The notes beneath the pieces were generated by a model that was not told the DNA's origin, did no database searches, and saw nothing but the letters and a program-made list of their open reading frames with translations. DNA of 64,000 nucleotides from an uncultured Chloroflexia bacterium (lineage in GTDB: Bacteria > Chloroflexota > Limnocylindria > QHBO01): assembly GCA_963807915.1 (NCBI GenBank), contig CAWEDO010000001.1:351701-415700 (forward strand), read 5' to 3'. Below, one piece after another: positions 20,524-31,300 of the stretch. The translations under genes were made by a program, and so were the position numbers. The stretch's first letter is position 1, and the number at the start of each line of letters is the position of its first letter.

Positions 20524-21489
20524 ATGCTCCGCGACATACGCGTTTCTGTCGTCATCTGCACGCATTCGGAGGAACGGTTGCCACTGCTGCGAGAAGCCGT
20601 GGCATCGGTCCAAAGCCAGAGCCCGCCTCCCGACGAGGTGATCGTCGTCGTCGATCACAATCCGGCACTCCTTGACGCCATTGGCGACCAGCATGCACCA
20701 GCCATTGTCCTTGGCAGTTCCGGCCCGCCGGGGCTGTCAGGCGCGCGCAACACCGGCGTTGGCGCAGCTTCGGGGGAGATCGTGGCATTCCTCGACGATG
20801 ATGCATACGCGGAACCCGGCTGGCTTTCGGCGCTCGTCACACCGTACGCCAAGCCAGATGTGCTGGGCGTCGGAGGGGTCGCCCTTCCCGAGTGGCAGAC
20901 CGCACAACCCAGGTGGTTCCCCGCCGAATTCCTCTGGGTCGTCGGATGCAGTTACGAAGGTTTGCCCACGACGATCGCGTCGGTGCGCAACATGATCGGC
21001 TGCAACATGTCGATGAGGCGCTCAGTCTTTCCATCTGTGGGCGGATTCCACCATGGAGTCGGACGCGGGCGCGGGCTGCCGATGGGCTGCGAGGAGACGG
21101 AGATGTGCATTCGAGCCACGCGCCAGCTCGGTGGCCTTTTCATGCACCAGCCGCCTGCGAGGGTGCGCCACGTGGTCCCGGCCAGCCGTACCCGGCTCAG
21201 GTACTTCTTACTCAGGTGCTTTGCAGAGGGTGCGTCGAAGGCGTACGTGGTTATGCTCGCGGGCTCGGCCCGCGGGATGGAGTCCGAGCGCCGATATGCT
21301 CGCCGTACGTTGCCGCGCGGCATGCTCCGAGGTGTGGGTGACGCCCTCGGTGGAGACCTCTTCGGCCTCGCCCGCGCAGCAATGATCCTGCTTGGGTCGC
21401 TGTCCTTCAGCTTCGGGTATGTTCACGGAACGGCTCGTCAAGGGAACCTCCGCGGCATGCCGGCCGGCCACGGCCCCGCCAAGGAGTGA
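20524..21489 (+). CDS. Glycosyltransferase family 2
   Basis: SVVICTH, GLSGARNTG, FLDDDA, IGCNMS, CEETEMC. Confidence 0.9.
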   Translation: MLRDIRVSVVICTHSEERLPLLREAVASVQSQSPPPDEVIVVVDHNPALLDAIGDQHAPAIVLGSSGPPGLSGARNTGVGAASGEIVAFLDDDAYAEPGWLSALVTPYAKPDVLGVGGVALPEWQTAQPRWFPAEFLWVVGCSYEGLPTTIASVRNMIGCNMSMRRSVFPSVGGFHHGVGRGRGLPMGCEETEMCIRATRQLGGLFMHQPPARVRHVVPASRTRLRYFLLRCFAEGASKAYVVMLAGSARGMESERRYARRTLPRGMLRGVGDALGGDLFGLARAAMILLGSLSFSFGYVHGTARQGNLRGMPAGHGPAKE

Positions 21490-22766
21490 CCTTCTTCTCC
21501 TGGCTCGCCTCCCACACCGCTCTGCCGCTGTATCGCAACGCGTACGCCCTGATGCTCAGCTCGCTTCTGACGGGCGTCCTGGGCATTGCCTACTGGGCCA
21601 TCGCGGCGCGGCTCTTTCCGGCGGCGGACGTCGGCATCGGGGCATCGCTCATCTCCACCATGATGTTCGTCGGGAGTGCATCCCAACTCAACCTGCGGTC
21701 GGCGATGTACCGATTCCTGCCGGTTGCCGGGAGTGGCGGCGTTCGGCTGGTCGGCATCACCTACCTCTTCATCGCCGCCACGTCTGCGCTATTGGCCACG
21801 GGAATGGCCATCGCCGGAGCCATGCTCAATGTGCTGCCCACGGGAATCGTGCCGAGCGTTGGTGCTGTGGCCGTCTTCGCCGCGGCGGCGGTTACCTGGA
21901 GCCTCTTCTCGTTCCAGGATCATGTGCTCACGAGCATGCGGCTCACCCTCTGGCTGCCAATCGAGAACGTGATCTTCGCGTTGGTGAAGATCGGCTTCCT
22001 GCTCGTGATGGTGCAGGTGCATCCATTCGGCGTCTTCCTGTCCTGGATCGTCGCGGCGGCGCTCGCCGTCGCAACGGTCACCGGCGCACTCTTCTCGATT
22101 CTGCGGCAGCGGAGCAGATCATTGCCGGCGAGCTCACTCAAGCCCGCGGCGGTAGCGCGCTTCGCTGCTGCGGACTACCTCGCGGGAATCTTCTCAACGG
22201 CCGGCACGGCTCTCCTGCCGGTGCTGGTGCTTCTACAGGTCGGGCCGGTGCAGAGCGCCTACTTCTACGTGGTGTGGCTGATCACCACGATGCTGGGCTT
22301 GGCTCCGATCGCCATGTTCACGTCCCTTATGGTCGAAGTAGCGAGCCGAGAGGCTTCGTTCGAACGCGAGGGACGGCCCGTCTTCAGGCGCGCGCTCGGC
22401 CTGCTGCTCATCCCTATTGCCGTCCTTGTCATCGGGGCGCCGCTGCCGCTCGCGATCTTCGGTCCGGAATATGCCGCCGCTGGCGCGTCGCCGCTTCGGC
22501 TGCTGGCGGCGTCAGTCATCCCGTTCACGGTGAACAGCTTCGCCGCCTTCTACGCCCGCTCACGTGGTCGCATGCGGCTCGTCATTCTGATCGAAGCCGG
22601 GATCGCAACCCCATCACTGCTCCTCTCTACCGTCCTCCTGCCCGCTGTGGGCCTGACCGGGGTGGGTATCGCGGTGCTGTTCAGTCAGTCCCTAGTGGCG
22701 GTCGGTCTTGGGACGACGCTGCTTCGCGGTCTGCTGTTCGGAATTGGTGCGCGGAAGGGCGCGTGA
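21486..22766 (+). CDS. Wzx-like oligosaccharide flippase
   Basis: About 12 TM segments, N-terminal LYRNAYALM..LGIAYW..AARL, FGPEY; inside a GT cluster. Confidence 0.8.
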   Translation: MTFFSWLASHTALPLYRNAYALMLSSLLTGVLGIAYWAIAARLFPAADVGIGASLISTMMFVGSASQLNLRSAMYRFLPVAGSGGVRLVGITYLFIAATSALLATGMAIAGAMLNVLPTGIVPSVGAVAVFAAAAVTWSLFSFQDHVLTSMRLTLWLPIENVIFALVKIGFLLVMVQVHPFGVFLSWIVAAALAVATVTGALFSILRQRSRSLPASSLKPAAVARFAAADYLAGIFSTAGTALLPVLVLLQVGPVQSAYFYVVWLITTMLGLAPIAMFTSLMVEVASREASFEREGRPVFRRALGLLLIPIAVLVIGAPLPLAIFGPEYAAAGASPLRLLAASVIPFTVNSFAAFYARSRGRMRLVILIEAGIATPSLLLSTVLLPAVGLTGVGIAVLFSQSLVAVGLGTTLLRGLLFGIGARKGA

Positions 22767-23592
22767 CCAGCGCCCGCCACCGTTTGGGACTCAGGCGCAA
22801 CCCGAGGAGCTCACTCCCCAACCCGACAGCCGTGAGCGCCCAGCTCGCCGCCATGAAGGGCAGGTACTCAGGGGTTCGCGCCAGCCCGACCGTCGCGGAC
22901 CGTATCTGGGGGGCGAGTCGCCGGTGCCGCACGAGTAGCCGAGCCATCCCGCGCCCGTACCACATTCGTTGGCGCGCGAACTCGGCGAACGACGGACGGT
23001 CGTCGTGAAAGGCGATCGCTCGGTCGGTATGTGCCAGCTTCGCGCCCGACGCGACGGCCCGAAAACACCAATCGTGGTCCTCCGCCGCCCCGGGGAATGC
23101 CGAATCGAATGGGACGGCCTCAAGAAGCGCCCTGCGCACGAGCGTAGCCTGGCAGCCAATCACGGAGGATTCGCCGGGTTGCTCCTGCATCCGGCGCCTC
23201 CAGATCTCACCTCGCTGCCAGTAGGTCGGATGGGCAGCTCTGGTCCTGAGCTCAGCCTGAACGGCGTCATAGTGATTACGCTCCGCGACATCGATGAGGG
23301 CGGAGAGCGTGTCCGCCGTGATCTCGGTATCGCTGTCGACGTATGCGACCCAGTCGGTCTTGGCCTGAGATGCTCCGAGCTGACGCGCAGCACCCAACCC
23401 GGCCCCCTCGTCGCTGAGTACCTCCGCCCCCATCATCCTCGCGACCTCCGCTGTGCCGTCGGTCGAGGCACCGTCCACGACCACAACACGCTGAGGGCGG
23501 CTCATCTGGATCGCAGTCAACGATGCTCCGATTGATTCGTGTCGGTTACGAGCGCAGACGATCACCGTAACGGGGAGCTGGATTGTCAGCAC
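22681..23592 (-). CDS. Glycosyltransferase family 2
   Basis: VIVCARN, VDGASTDGT, GLGAARQ, YVDSD, AEDHD, RQRMWY (QxxRW-like). Confidence 0.85.
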   Translation of the reverse strand: MLTIQLPVTVIVCARNRHESIGASLTAIQMSRPQRVVVVDGASTDGTAEVARMMGAEVLSDEGAGLGAARQLGASQAKTDWVAYVDSDTEITADTLSALIDVAERNHYDAVQAELRTRAAHPTYWQRGEIWRRRMQEQPGESSVIGCQATLVRRALLEAVPFDSAFPGAAEDHDWCFRAVASGAKLAHTDRAIAFHDDRPSFAEFARQRMWYGRGMARLLVRHRRLAPQIRSATVGLARTPEYLPFMAASWALTAVGLGSELLGLRLSPKRWRALVTRPSAHQFRTADREAASSQDRPPLGTD

Positions 23593-23653
23593 TTCCTCTC
23601 AAATCGAGCATCGGTAGATTCCGGAGCGTCATGCTAGGCTCTGGCGCCCACCC

Positions 23654-24820
23654 ATGCTGGAGATCCCATTGACCCCCGGTCCGTTCGGTCGCTGCCCAAT
23701 CGACGGGGCGGAATGCATTCAGCGACCGCTGTGGGACGGCGCCCTCCTGTTCAACTGCGATGCATGCGGGTTGTGGTTCTACGGGAGTGAGGCGAAGCCG
23801 CACGACTTGATGGAACGCGCCTACGAGGGATCTGTCGCCGACGCGAACATGCATGAGTACTGGTTCCGCGGCAACTTCCTCGCGTCGGAAGCGACCGACT
23901 TCCTCGCTTCGCCGGCGCTTCGGCTCTCACTGCGGTGGATGGACCAGAACGTCGCGCGTCCTGCCACGGTGCTCGACGTGGGCTGCGGGCGGGGGACGTA
24001 CCTGCGGGGCCTCAGGGATGTCGGCTTCACGGCCATCGGCCTCGACCTATCTTCGACCGTCGCCAGGGTCCTCGCCGGACAAGGGTTTGACGTCCACGTT
24101 GGTCCGGTCCCCACCTATCCAATAGACTGGCCGGAGCCAACCGTCGTCAGTACGAACTTCGTGCTGCACCACCCGACCGACCCCGTCGGATTCCTGCGAT
24201 CGATCCACGAGCGGTTCCCAGCAGCCCTGGTCGTCCTAACTCAGGGCCTGTACCCGACCTGGACGCATGCATTCAAGGGCGCCGTCCCGCGAACGCGGCC
24301 GGGACTCCCACGGAACGTTACTGCCTGGAGTCAGCGCGCGATCGAGTCGGCATTTGTGCATGCTGGCTACACCGATGTCCGCCTTATGTCGACACGGCCC
24401 AGCTGGCGGGACGTGCACTTGGGGATCCAGTCGTCAGGCGCGCGGCTCGCCTATCGGCTCTTCGGTCGGCATCTGGGAGCGAAGCCCGCTCCTGCCGACT
24501 CCGGCGCCCAGCCCTCGGCCCGGCGCACCTCACCCTCCGGCCCCATGGTGCTGGGTTTGCGTGCACTCCTTGCCGCGAAGGCCTGGCTCTACTGGCTTCC
24601 GGCGACCTACGCGCGGATTGCCGGCCTCCCGCCGGCAGCAGCACTCGTCATTGCGGGCGGACGTGCAGACCTAGCCGTTTTGCAGGACCGGTCCCAGCAA
24701 CGCGGCGGACAGGACGAGGAAGACGTGGCCGGCGATCGGGGACCAGAGGGAGTGCGTGCGCCTCACCTCCCAGCCGTAGAGGAGACCCACGAGCAGCATG
24801 ATCCCGACGGCCGCGAGTGA
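23654..24820 (+). CDS. Class I SAM-dependent methyltransferase with N-terminal Zn ribbon
   Basis: CPID..CDACG, VLDVGCGRG, VLHH..DP. The 3' end is uncertain because it overlaps the convergent gene by 150 nt. Confidence 0.8.
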   Translation: MLEIPLTPGPFGRCPIDGAECIQRPLWDGALLFNCDACGLWFYGSEAKPHDLMERAYEGSVADANMHEYWFRGNFLASEATDFLASPALRLSLRWMDQNVARPATVLDVGCGRGTYLRGLRDVGFTAIGLDLSSTVARVLAGQGFDVHVGPVPTYPIDWPEPTVVSTNFVLHHPTDPVGFLRSIHERFPAALVVLTQGLYPTWTHAFKGAVPRTRPGLPRNVTAWSQRAIESAFVHAGYTDVRLMSTRPSWRDVHLGIQSSGARLAYRLFGRHLGAKPAPADSGAQPSARRTSPSGPMVLGLRALLAAKAWLYWLPATYARIAGLPPAAALVIAGGRADLAVLQDRSQQRGGQDEEDVAGDRGPEGVRAPHLPAVEETHEQHDPDGRE

Positions 24821-25441
24821 TCTCGTGCCGACGTACGTGGCCCCGAACGTGACCGCTGTCAGCACCAGGCCATAGCGGCGACTCGCGTCGCTTAACAGCG
24901 GCTGCAGCACGCCTCGAAAGATCAGCTCCTCGGGGACCGCTGCGCAGGCGGTGAGCGCGATTCCCGCGGCGGCGGCAGCGATCGGGGTGTCGATTGCCAG
25001 CCCGGGGTCGTTGGGAGTAGTCGCCGCCAGCGCGAGGCCGATCGGAATCCCAGACAGGGCGATCGCCAGGCTCCGCCAATCGGTAGAGATCCGCGCCAGC
25101 GACAGCTCGCGGACGTCCATCGTGGCAAGCCGACTGGCAGCCAGCACCGCAAGCAGCAGCGGAGCGCCGGCGAGGATGAGCCATGCGGCGTGCGGCAGCT
25201 CGGGAACGGGCAGCGTCATCGACAGGAGGCGCAGCAGCGCCGGCAGCGCGATGGCGGGCAGGACACGTACGCTTGGATCGCCGATGGCGAGCGGTGACCG
25301 CTGGGCCCAACCGAAGTGGCTGAGAGCCAGGACCAGCACCGTCGCGTCTAGGAGTGCTGTTCCTGCCGGCGCCACCAGCAACAGCAGCTCGGCCCCCAGG
25401 ACGGCACCGAGATATGCCATCCATGCGCGTCGCAGCACCAT
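24671..25441 (-). CDS. CPBP (CAAX/Abi) family intramembrane protease, degenerate motifs
   Basis: EELIFRG motif 1; FGATY in place of FxxxH; SLW.PIAGH; multi-TM. Confidence 0.8.
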   Translation of the reverse strand: MVLRRAWMAYLGAVLGAELLLLVAPAGTALLDATVLVLALSHFGWAQRSPLAIGDPSVRVLPAIALPALLRLLSMTLPVPELPHAAWLILAGAPLLLAVLAASRLATMDVRELSLARISTDWRSLAIALSGIPIGLALAATTPNDPGLAIDTPIAAAAAGIALTACAAVPEELIFRGVLQPLLSDASRRYGLVLTAVTFGATYVGTRSLAAVGIMLLVGLLYGWEVRRTHSLWSPIAGHVFLVLSAALLGPVLQNG

Positions 25442-25692
25442 CAGGTAGGCAGCAGCTGCAGCAACCGGAGCAGCACGATGGTGGTGAATGACACGAGCAG
25501 GGGCAGCACTGCGATGTCAAGGCCGTGAATCCACCGGCGGGCCCGATCGCCACCGTATGCACGCACCGCCTCACGTTGGATCAGGAGCAAGAGCAGGGCG
25601 ATCACGGCGGCCAGCCCAGCCGTCGTCGAGACCAGGTCGTAGTTGGTCGAGCTGAGGTAGTCGACGATCGTCCGATTGATAGACGACGTCAT
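25441..25692 (-). CDS. Small two-TM membrane protein coupled to the CPBP gene
   Basis: 83 aa; S/T-rich N-terminus, LLLLLIQRE, LDIAVLPLL; stop overlaps the CPBP start (TGATG). Confidence 0.7.
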   Translation of the reverse strand: MTSSINRTIVDYLSSTNYDLVSTTAGLAAVIALLLLLIQREAVRAYGGDRARRWIHGLDIAVLPLLVSFTTIVLLRLLQLLPT

Positions 25693-25813
25693 GGGTCGAA
25701 CGCTTGTCGGGTCCTGCGCGCGACCCGGTGCCACCTCGGCTCTAACATGCCCGCATCGTAGGACATCACCCTAGCGTCGGAGGGATGGACCGATCGCATC
25801 TCGGCTGGTTGCC

Positions 25814-27662
25814 GTGATTGGCCGCTCACGTTCCTGGCTCGAGTCCTCCGGCATCGGGGCGGAGGTCATGCCGGCCGGGGTGGTGCTCGTGACGCTGGGC
25901 GTCGGCGTGGCGCTGTGGCTGGCCGCCCTGCAAACGTTCGACGTCCGGCGAATCAGCGACTTGGGTCTCGTGAGCCAGGCCTCCCCCGCGATGCTGGCGG
26001 GGATCGCCCTTATCGCCGCGGGATTCGTCCTGTCGCTTCGCCTAAGGCTGCTCTCGGCCCCTCTGGCGCTGGTGGCCACGGGGCTCCTGCTGCTGGCGGT
26101 GCATGGCCTCCCAGCCTTCGTGGAGGATGCGCCACGGTTTCCGGTTGCCTACCTCCACGCCGGATTCACCGATGACATCGAGCGAGCACGGGTCGGCTGC
26201 TGCCAAACGTGGACGCGCGCTTCAGCTGGCCAGTCTTCTTTTCGCTAGGGTGCACTCACCACCCGGTCGGCGGCATCGCGAGCGCGATCGAGATGCAGCC
26301 CTGGGCGGCCCCCCTGATCACGACCGCGCTGTATTCCCTCCCTTGTTCGTCATCTTTGGTGCGATCTCGAGCGATCGGCGGCTCGTGTGGACTGCGGTCT
26401 TCGTCTTCTGGCCACGAATTGGATCGGCCAGGACTACTACGCCCCGCAGGCCTTCGCCTACCTGCTCTATCTGACGGTACTGGCGGTGCTGCTGCGCTGG
26501 TTCCGCCTGTCGAGCAGGTCTCGTGGTTGGGGCGCCGGCTGGACCGGGTTCATCGCTCGGCATCGCCGCCGAGAAGGCGCATCGAAACGACGGTGGATGG
26601 CTGGGAACTCGGGCCAGCGCCACAAGCGGTCACCCGACAGCAACGGGCCAGCCTGCTGGCAGTCATCGTGCTCCTGACCGCGGTGCCAGCGTTGCAAGCC
26701 ACCAGCTCACGCCCTTCGCCTGCTCGGCGCGGTGACGGCCCTCGACCATGCTCCGCCGAAGCAGTCTGCCGGGGCTTCCCGGTCCTGGTCGCGGTCCTGA
26801 TCGGCATGTGGATCAGCTACATGACCGTCGCGTTCCTCGTCCGGCAACCTGCCCAACCTGCTCAAAGACCATTGGGGCGGCTGGCGAAACCGGCGTCGCA
26901 GAACGTCGGGCGAGCCGCCTGGCCGGGAGCGACGTCCATGTATTTGTCGTCAGTTTCCGCTTGATGATGACCGGCGCGCTGTGGGCCTTGGCGGCGCTGG
27001 GGCTCTTCCGGCGGATCCGCGCCGGGTATCTGGATCTTGAGGCGGCCGCTCTGGCGGCGGTACCGTTCGGCCTGATGGCCCTACAGGCCTACGGCGGCGA
27101 GATGCTGCTGAGGGTCTACCTCTTTTCGCTGCCCTTCATGGCGTTTCTGGCTGCGGGTGCCTTCTTCCCGGAAGCATCCGACCGGACCGGACGCGTGCCA
27201 CGGAGCCTGTCGCATTCGCCGTCATCCTCGTCCTGGCCCTCATGGTCACGAAGCACGGCAACGAGCGTGCGGACCGCATCTCGGCCGATGAGTTCGCGGC
27301 GGTCCAACGCCTCTACGCGATGGCGCCAGCTGGGTCGACGATCGGCTCGGCTAACTATGCCTCCCCGCTGCGCTACCAGGACTTCGATGTCTATGACTAC
27401 ACCTACGTGCAGGAGCCGCTGCCTGAAGGGGGACGTCGCCGCAGTGATCGCAGCGCTCCATCCCAGCGACCATTGCGCATATCTCTTGTTCAGCCGCGCC
27501 CAATCGGCGACTGCCGAGCTCTACGACGGCGTCCCGGAGAACCGTTGGCGGCTTGCCGAGACGCGGCTGCTGGAGAGCGGTCATTTCGGGGTTGCATTCG
27601 AGAGCCCCGATGCCGCGGTGCTGGTCTACGAGCCGACCCGGACCGGGTGCCTTACACCATGA
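25814..27662 (+). CDS. Large polytopic membrane protein (GT-C/polymerase-like, DUF2206-like); many frameshifts
   Basis: Consecutive fragments in different frames (PRFPVAYLHAGF, DARFSWPVFF, NWIGQDYYAPQAF, SHQLTPF, QAYGGEMLLRVYLF, GNER) typical of membrane proteins in actinobacterial and chloroflexal glycan loci. Confidence 0.7.
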
Positions 27663-28223
27663 TCGTCCGTCGGCTCGAAAGCCCCCTGCTCCTCGGCTGG
27701 AGCATGCTCACCGCGGCGCTGTCGTTCGGCAATTTCCATCACCCGCTCCGTACCGCCGTCGCCCTCATATTCCTGGCGTTCGTGCCCGGCCTCGCGTTCC
27801 TGCGCCTGGCGAAGCTGACGGATCCCGTGATGACCGTCCTGCTGGCCGTGCCGGTGAGCTTTGTCGCATCGACGCGGCCGTATCGGCCATCCTCGTGTAT
27901 GCCGGGATCCCGTCCTGGGACCTGGGGCTGTCGCTCCTGATCTCGTTCGCGGTGGGCGCCCTGATCATCGATCTCGTGAAGCCCACGATGGCGGCCGGGT
28001 CGTCACTTCCGAAGGTGAGCGGCCTGCTCGGCGACGAGGCCCGACAGGCCCGCCTCATCGGGTCCCTCCTGCGAGGCGCGTCACTGAGCGGGCATGCGAG
28101 GCCGCCAACGTCAGCGCGACGACACTCCGCCGTGCGCTCCAGCGCTCCCCGGACCTGCGCCGAGCGGTCGCCGTCGCAACCCAGGGTGCCGTCGAGCCGG
28201 AGACGGGGTCAGATCGGCCCTGA
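27659..28223 (+). CDS. DUF1616-like membrane protein with C-terminal HTH-like segment; frameshifts ~27865 and ~28085
   Basis: PLRTAVALIFLAFVPG membrane motif, about 4 TM, then GASL-ERACEAANVSATTLRRAL. ATGA-coupled to the upstream gene. Confidence 0.55.
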
Positions 28224-28398
28224 CGGCGATCGCGCCGGTGCCCACACGCCACGCTGCGGTTGCTCCAATGCTTGGCGAACGGTCGGCCTTCGTGTAGCCT
28301 CTTGCCCGGATGGGGTGCCGAGGCACGGTCCCGTAACTCCGGTCGCCAGGGACGTGCCGAGCAAGTGGCGAGCCCGACCCATCGCAGACCTGGTTGCC

Positions 28399-31300
28399 GT
28401 GCCCGCCGGATCCGCGTGCGCCTGATCTCGCCTCGTCGTCGCGATCGGTCATCTGTCTCGGACTTGCCGCACCGCTGGCAGCTCCGGCGCCGGTCGCGTG
28501 CCCTCTCGCTCCAGCCCGGCTTCAGCGAGTCCATCGTCTTCAGCGGGCTGACCAACCCCACGGTCGTGCGCTTCTCGCCCGACGGCCGCGTCTTCGTCGC
28601 CGAGAAGAGCGGGATGATCAAGGTCTTCGACTCCGCTGGCCGACACCGACGCCCGACGGTCTTCGCCGACCTGCGCACCAACGTCCACAACTTCTGGGAC
28701 CGGGGCCTGCTCGGGCTGGCGCTGGCGCCGACCTTCCCGACCGATCCAAGCGTGTACGTGCTGTACACCTACGACGCGCCGATCGGGGGCAGCGCCCCGC
28801 GATGGGGGACGCCGGCGCGACCTCTGACGGCTGCCCGAGCCCACCCGGCGCGACGACCGATGGCTGCGTTGCTTACCGGTCGCGCTGTCGAGATTCACGG
28901 CGAATGGCAACACCAGCGGGGCGGAACGGTCCTGGTCAACGATTGGTGTCAGCAATTCCCGAGCCACTCGGTCGGCACGCTCGAATTCGGGCCCGATGGC
29001 TATCCTGTACGTCTCAGCGGCGGCGACGGGGCCAACTTCAACTACGCCGACTACGGCCAGGCCGGCGGTCGGCCGGGCAGCCCCGTCCCCAAGAACCCCT
29101 GCGGCGACCCGGCGGCGCCGGGTCGGCGGCAACCGAGACGCCGCCGACCGCCGAGGGCGGCGCGCTCCGCTCGCAGGACCTGCGCACCACGAGCGATCCG
29201 ACGGCGCTGGACGGCTCGATCCTGCGCATCGACCCGGCCACCGGCCTCGCGGCGCCGGGCAACCCGCTCGCCGGCAGCTCAGACGCCAAATGCGCGGCGC
29301 ATCATCGCCTACGGGTTCCGGAACCCGTTCCGCTTCACCTTCCGCCCGGGGACGAGCGAGCTGTGGATCGGCGACGTGGGCTGGAATCGACCTGGGAGGA
29401 GATCGATCGGCTATCCGTCGGCGGCTCCGTGGCCAACTACGGTTGGCCGTGCTACGAGGGGAACGCGCAGCCAGGCCGGCTACGACGCAGCTCGAAGCTG
29501 GACATCTGCAACGGCCTGTACTGCCAGGGGCCGAGCGCCGTGGTCGCCCCGTATTTCACCTACAGCCACGCTAACAAGGTGGTCGGCCGGCGAGAACTGC
29601 CCGGCTGGCAGCTCGTCGATCTCCGGCATGGCGTTCTGGCGTGGCGGGCAGCTATCCCGCCAGCTATACAGGGCGCGCTCTTCTTCGCCGACTACACGCC
29701 GCAACTGCATCTGGGTGATGCCCGCCGGAGCCAATGGCCTTCCCGACCCGGCCCAGCGGGCGACCTTCGTCGCCGGTGCCGCGGACCCGGTCGACCTGAC
29801 CATCGGGCCTGGCGGTGATCTGTTCTACGTCGACTTCGACGGAGGACGATCCGGCGCATCTCGTACGGCACGAACGCGCTGCCGACCGCCGTCATCTCGG
29901 CCAACCCGACGAGCGGGCCAGTCGCCGCTGACGGTCAACTTCAGCGGCGCCGGGTCGTCGGACCCCGATAGCGATCCGCTCGCCTACGCCTGGGACCTCG
30001 ACGGCGATGGACTGTTCAACGACGGGACGGCGCCCAACCGCGCAGCGCACCTATGTCGCCAGCGGGACGGTCAATGCCGCCCTTCGCGGTCTCGGATGGG
30101 CATGGCGGATCCGATACGAAATCGGTGCCGATCACCGTCACCGGCGGCCCGACGGTGACCTACCTGAGCAGCCTGAACCCGACCAGCGCCGTCAACGGCT
30201 GGGGCCCCTATGAGCGCGACCTGAGCAACGGCGAGAAGCTGGCCGGCGACGGCCACCCGCTCACCCTGAACGGGGTGGTCTATCGCCCGCGGCCTGGGCA
30301 CCCACGCCGCGGCCGACCTGCGCTACACGCTGCCGGCGCGGCAGCTGCAGCCTGCTCGGCACGCTGGGCGTCGACGACGAGGTGCCCAACACGGCGCCGG
30401 CCACCGTCACCTTCCAGGTGCTGGTCGACGGCGTCAGCCGCTACCTCAGCCCGGTGCTGACTCCGGCGCAGCACCAGCCCCAGCGCTGAACCTGGCCCTG
30501 CCGGCCGGCACCACCCTGCAGCTGGTGGTCGGCAACGGCGGCGACACCAACGCCTACGACCACGCCGACTGGGCCGATATCCGGCTCAGCTGCACGCGGC
30601 AGCCACGAACACGCCGCCCACCCCGGTGATCGATACCCCGGCCAGCAGCCTGACCTGGGTGGTCGGCCAGTCGATCAGCTTCAGCGGGCATGCCACCGAT
30701 ACCCAGGACGGCACGCTGGCCGCCACGCGCCTGGACTGGTCGCTGGTCCTGCAGCATTGCCCCTCGAATTGCCACACCCATGCCGCTCCAGAGCTGGACG
30801 GGGGTGGCCGGCGCCAGCTTCAGCGCCCCCGACCACGAGTACCCGTCCTACCTCGAGCTGTCGCTGACCGCCACCGACTCGGGCGGGCTGAGCACCACCG
30901 TCACCCGCCGCCTCGACCCGCAGACGGTGAACCTGACCTTCGCCAGCAACCCGAGCGGCCTGCAGCTGGTGGTCGATGCCATCAGCCAGGCGGCGCCCTT
31001 CACGCCGCACCGTGATCGTGGGCTCGGCCAACTCGGTCAGCGCTCCGTCGCCCCAGAGCCTGGGCAGCACCAACTACGCCTTCAGCGCCTGGTCGGACGG
31101 CGGCGCCGCCACCCACACCGTGGTGGCGCCCGCCAGCGCGGCGACCTACACCGCCACCTACACCGTCACCGGCGGCCCGACCGTGACCTACCTGAGCAGC
31201 CTGAACCCGACCACCGCGGTCAATGGCTGGGGCCCCTACGAGCGCGACCTGAGCAACGGCGAGAAGCTGGCCGGCGACGGCCACCCGCTCACCCTGACGG

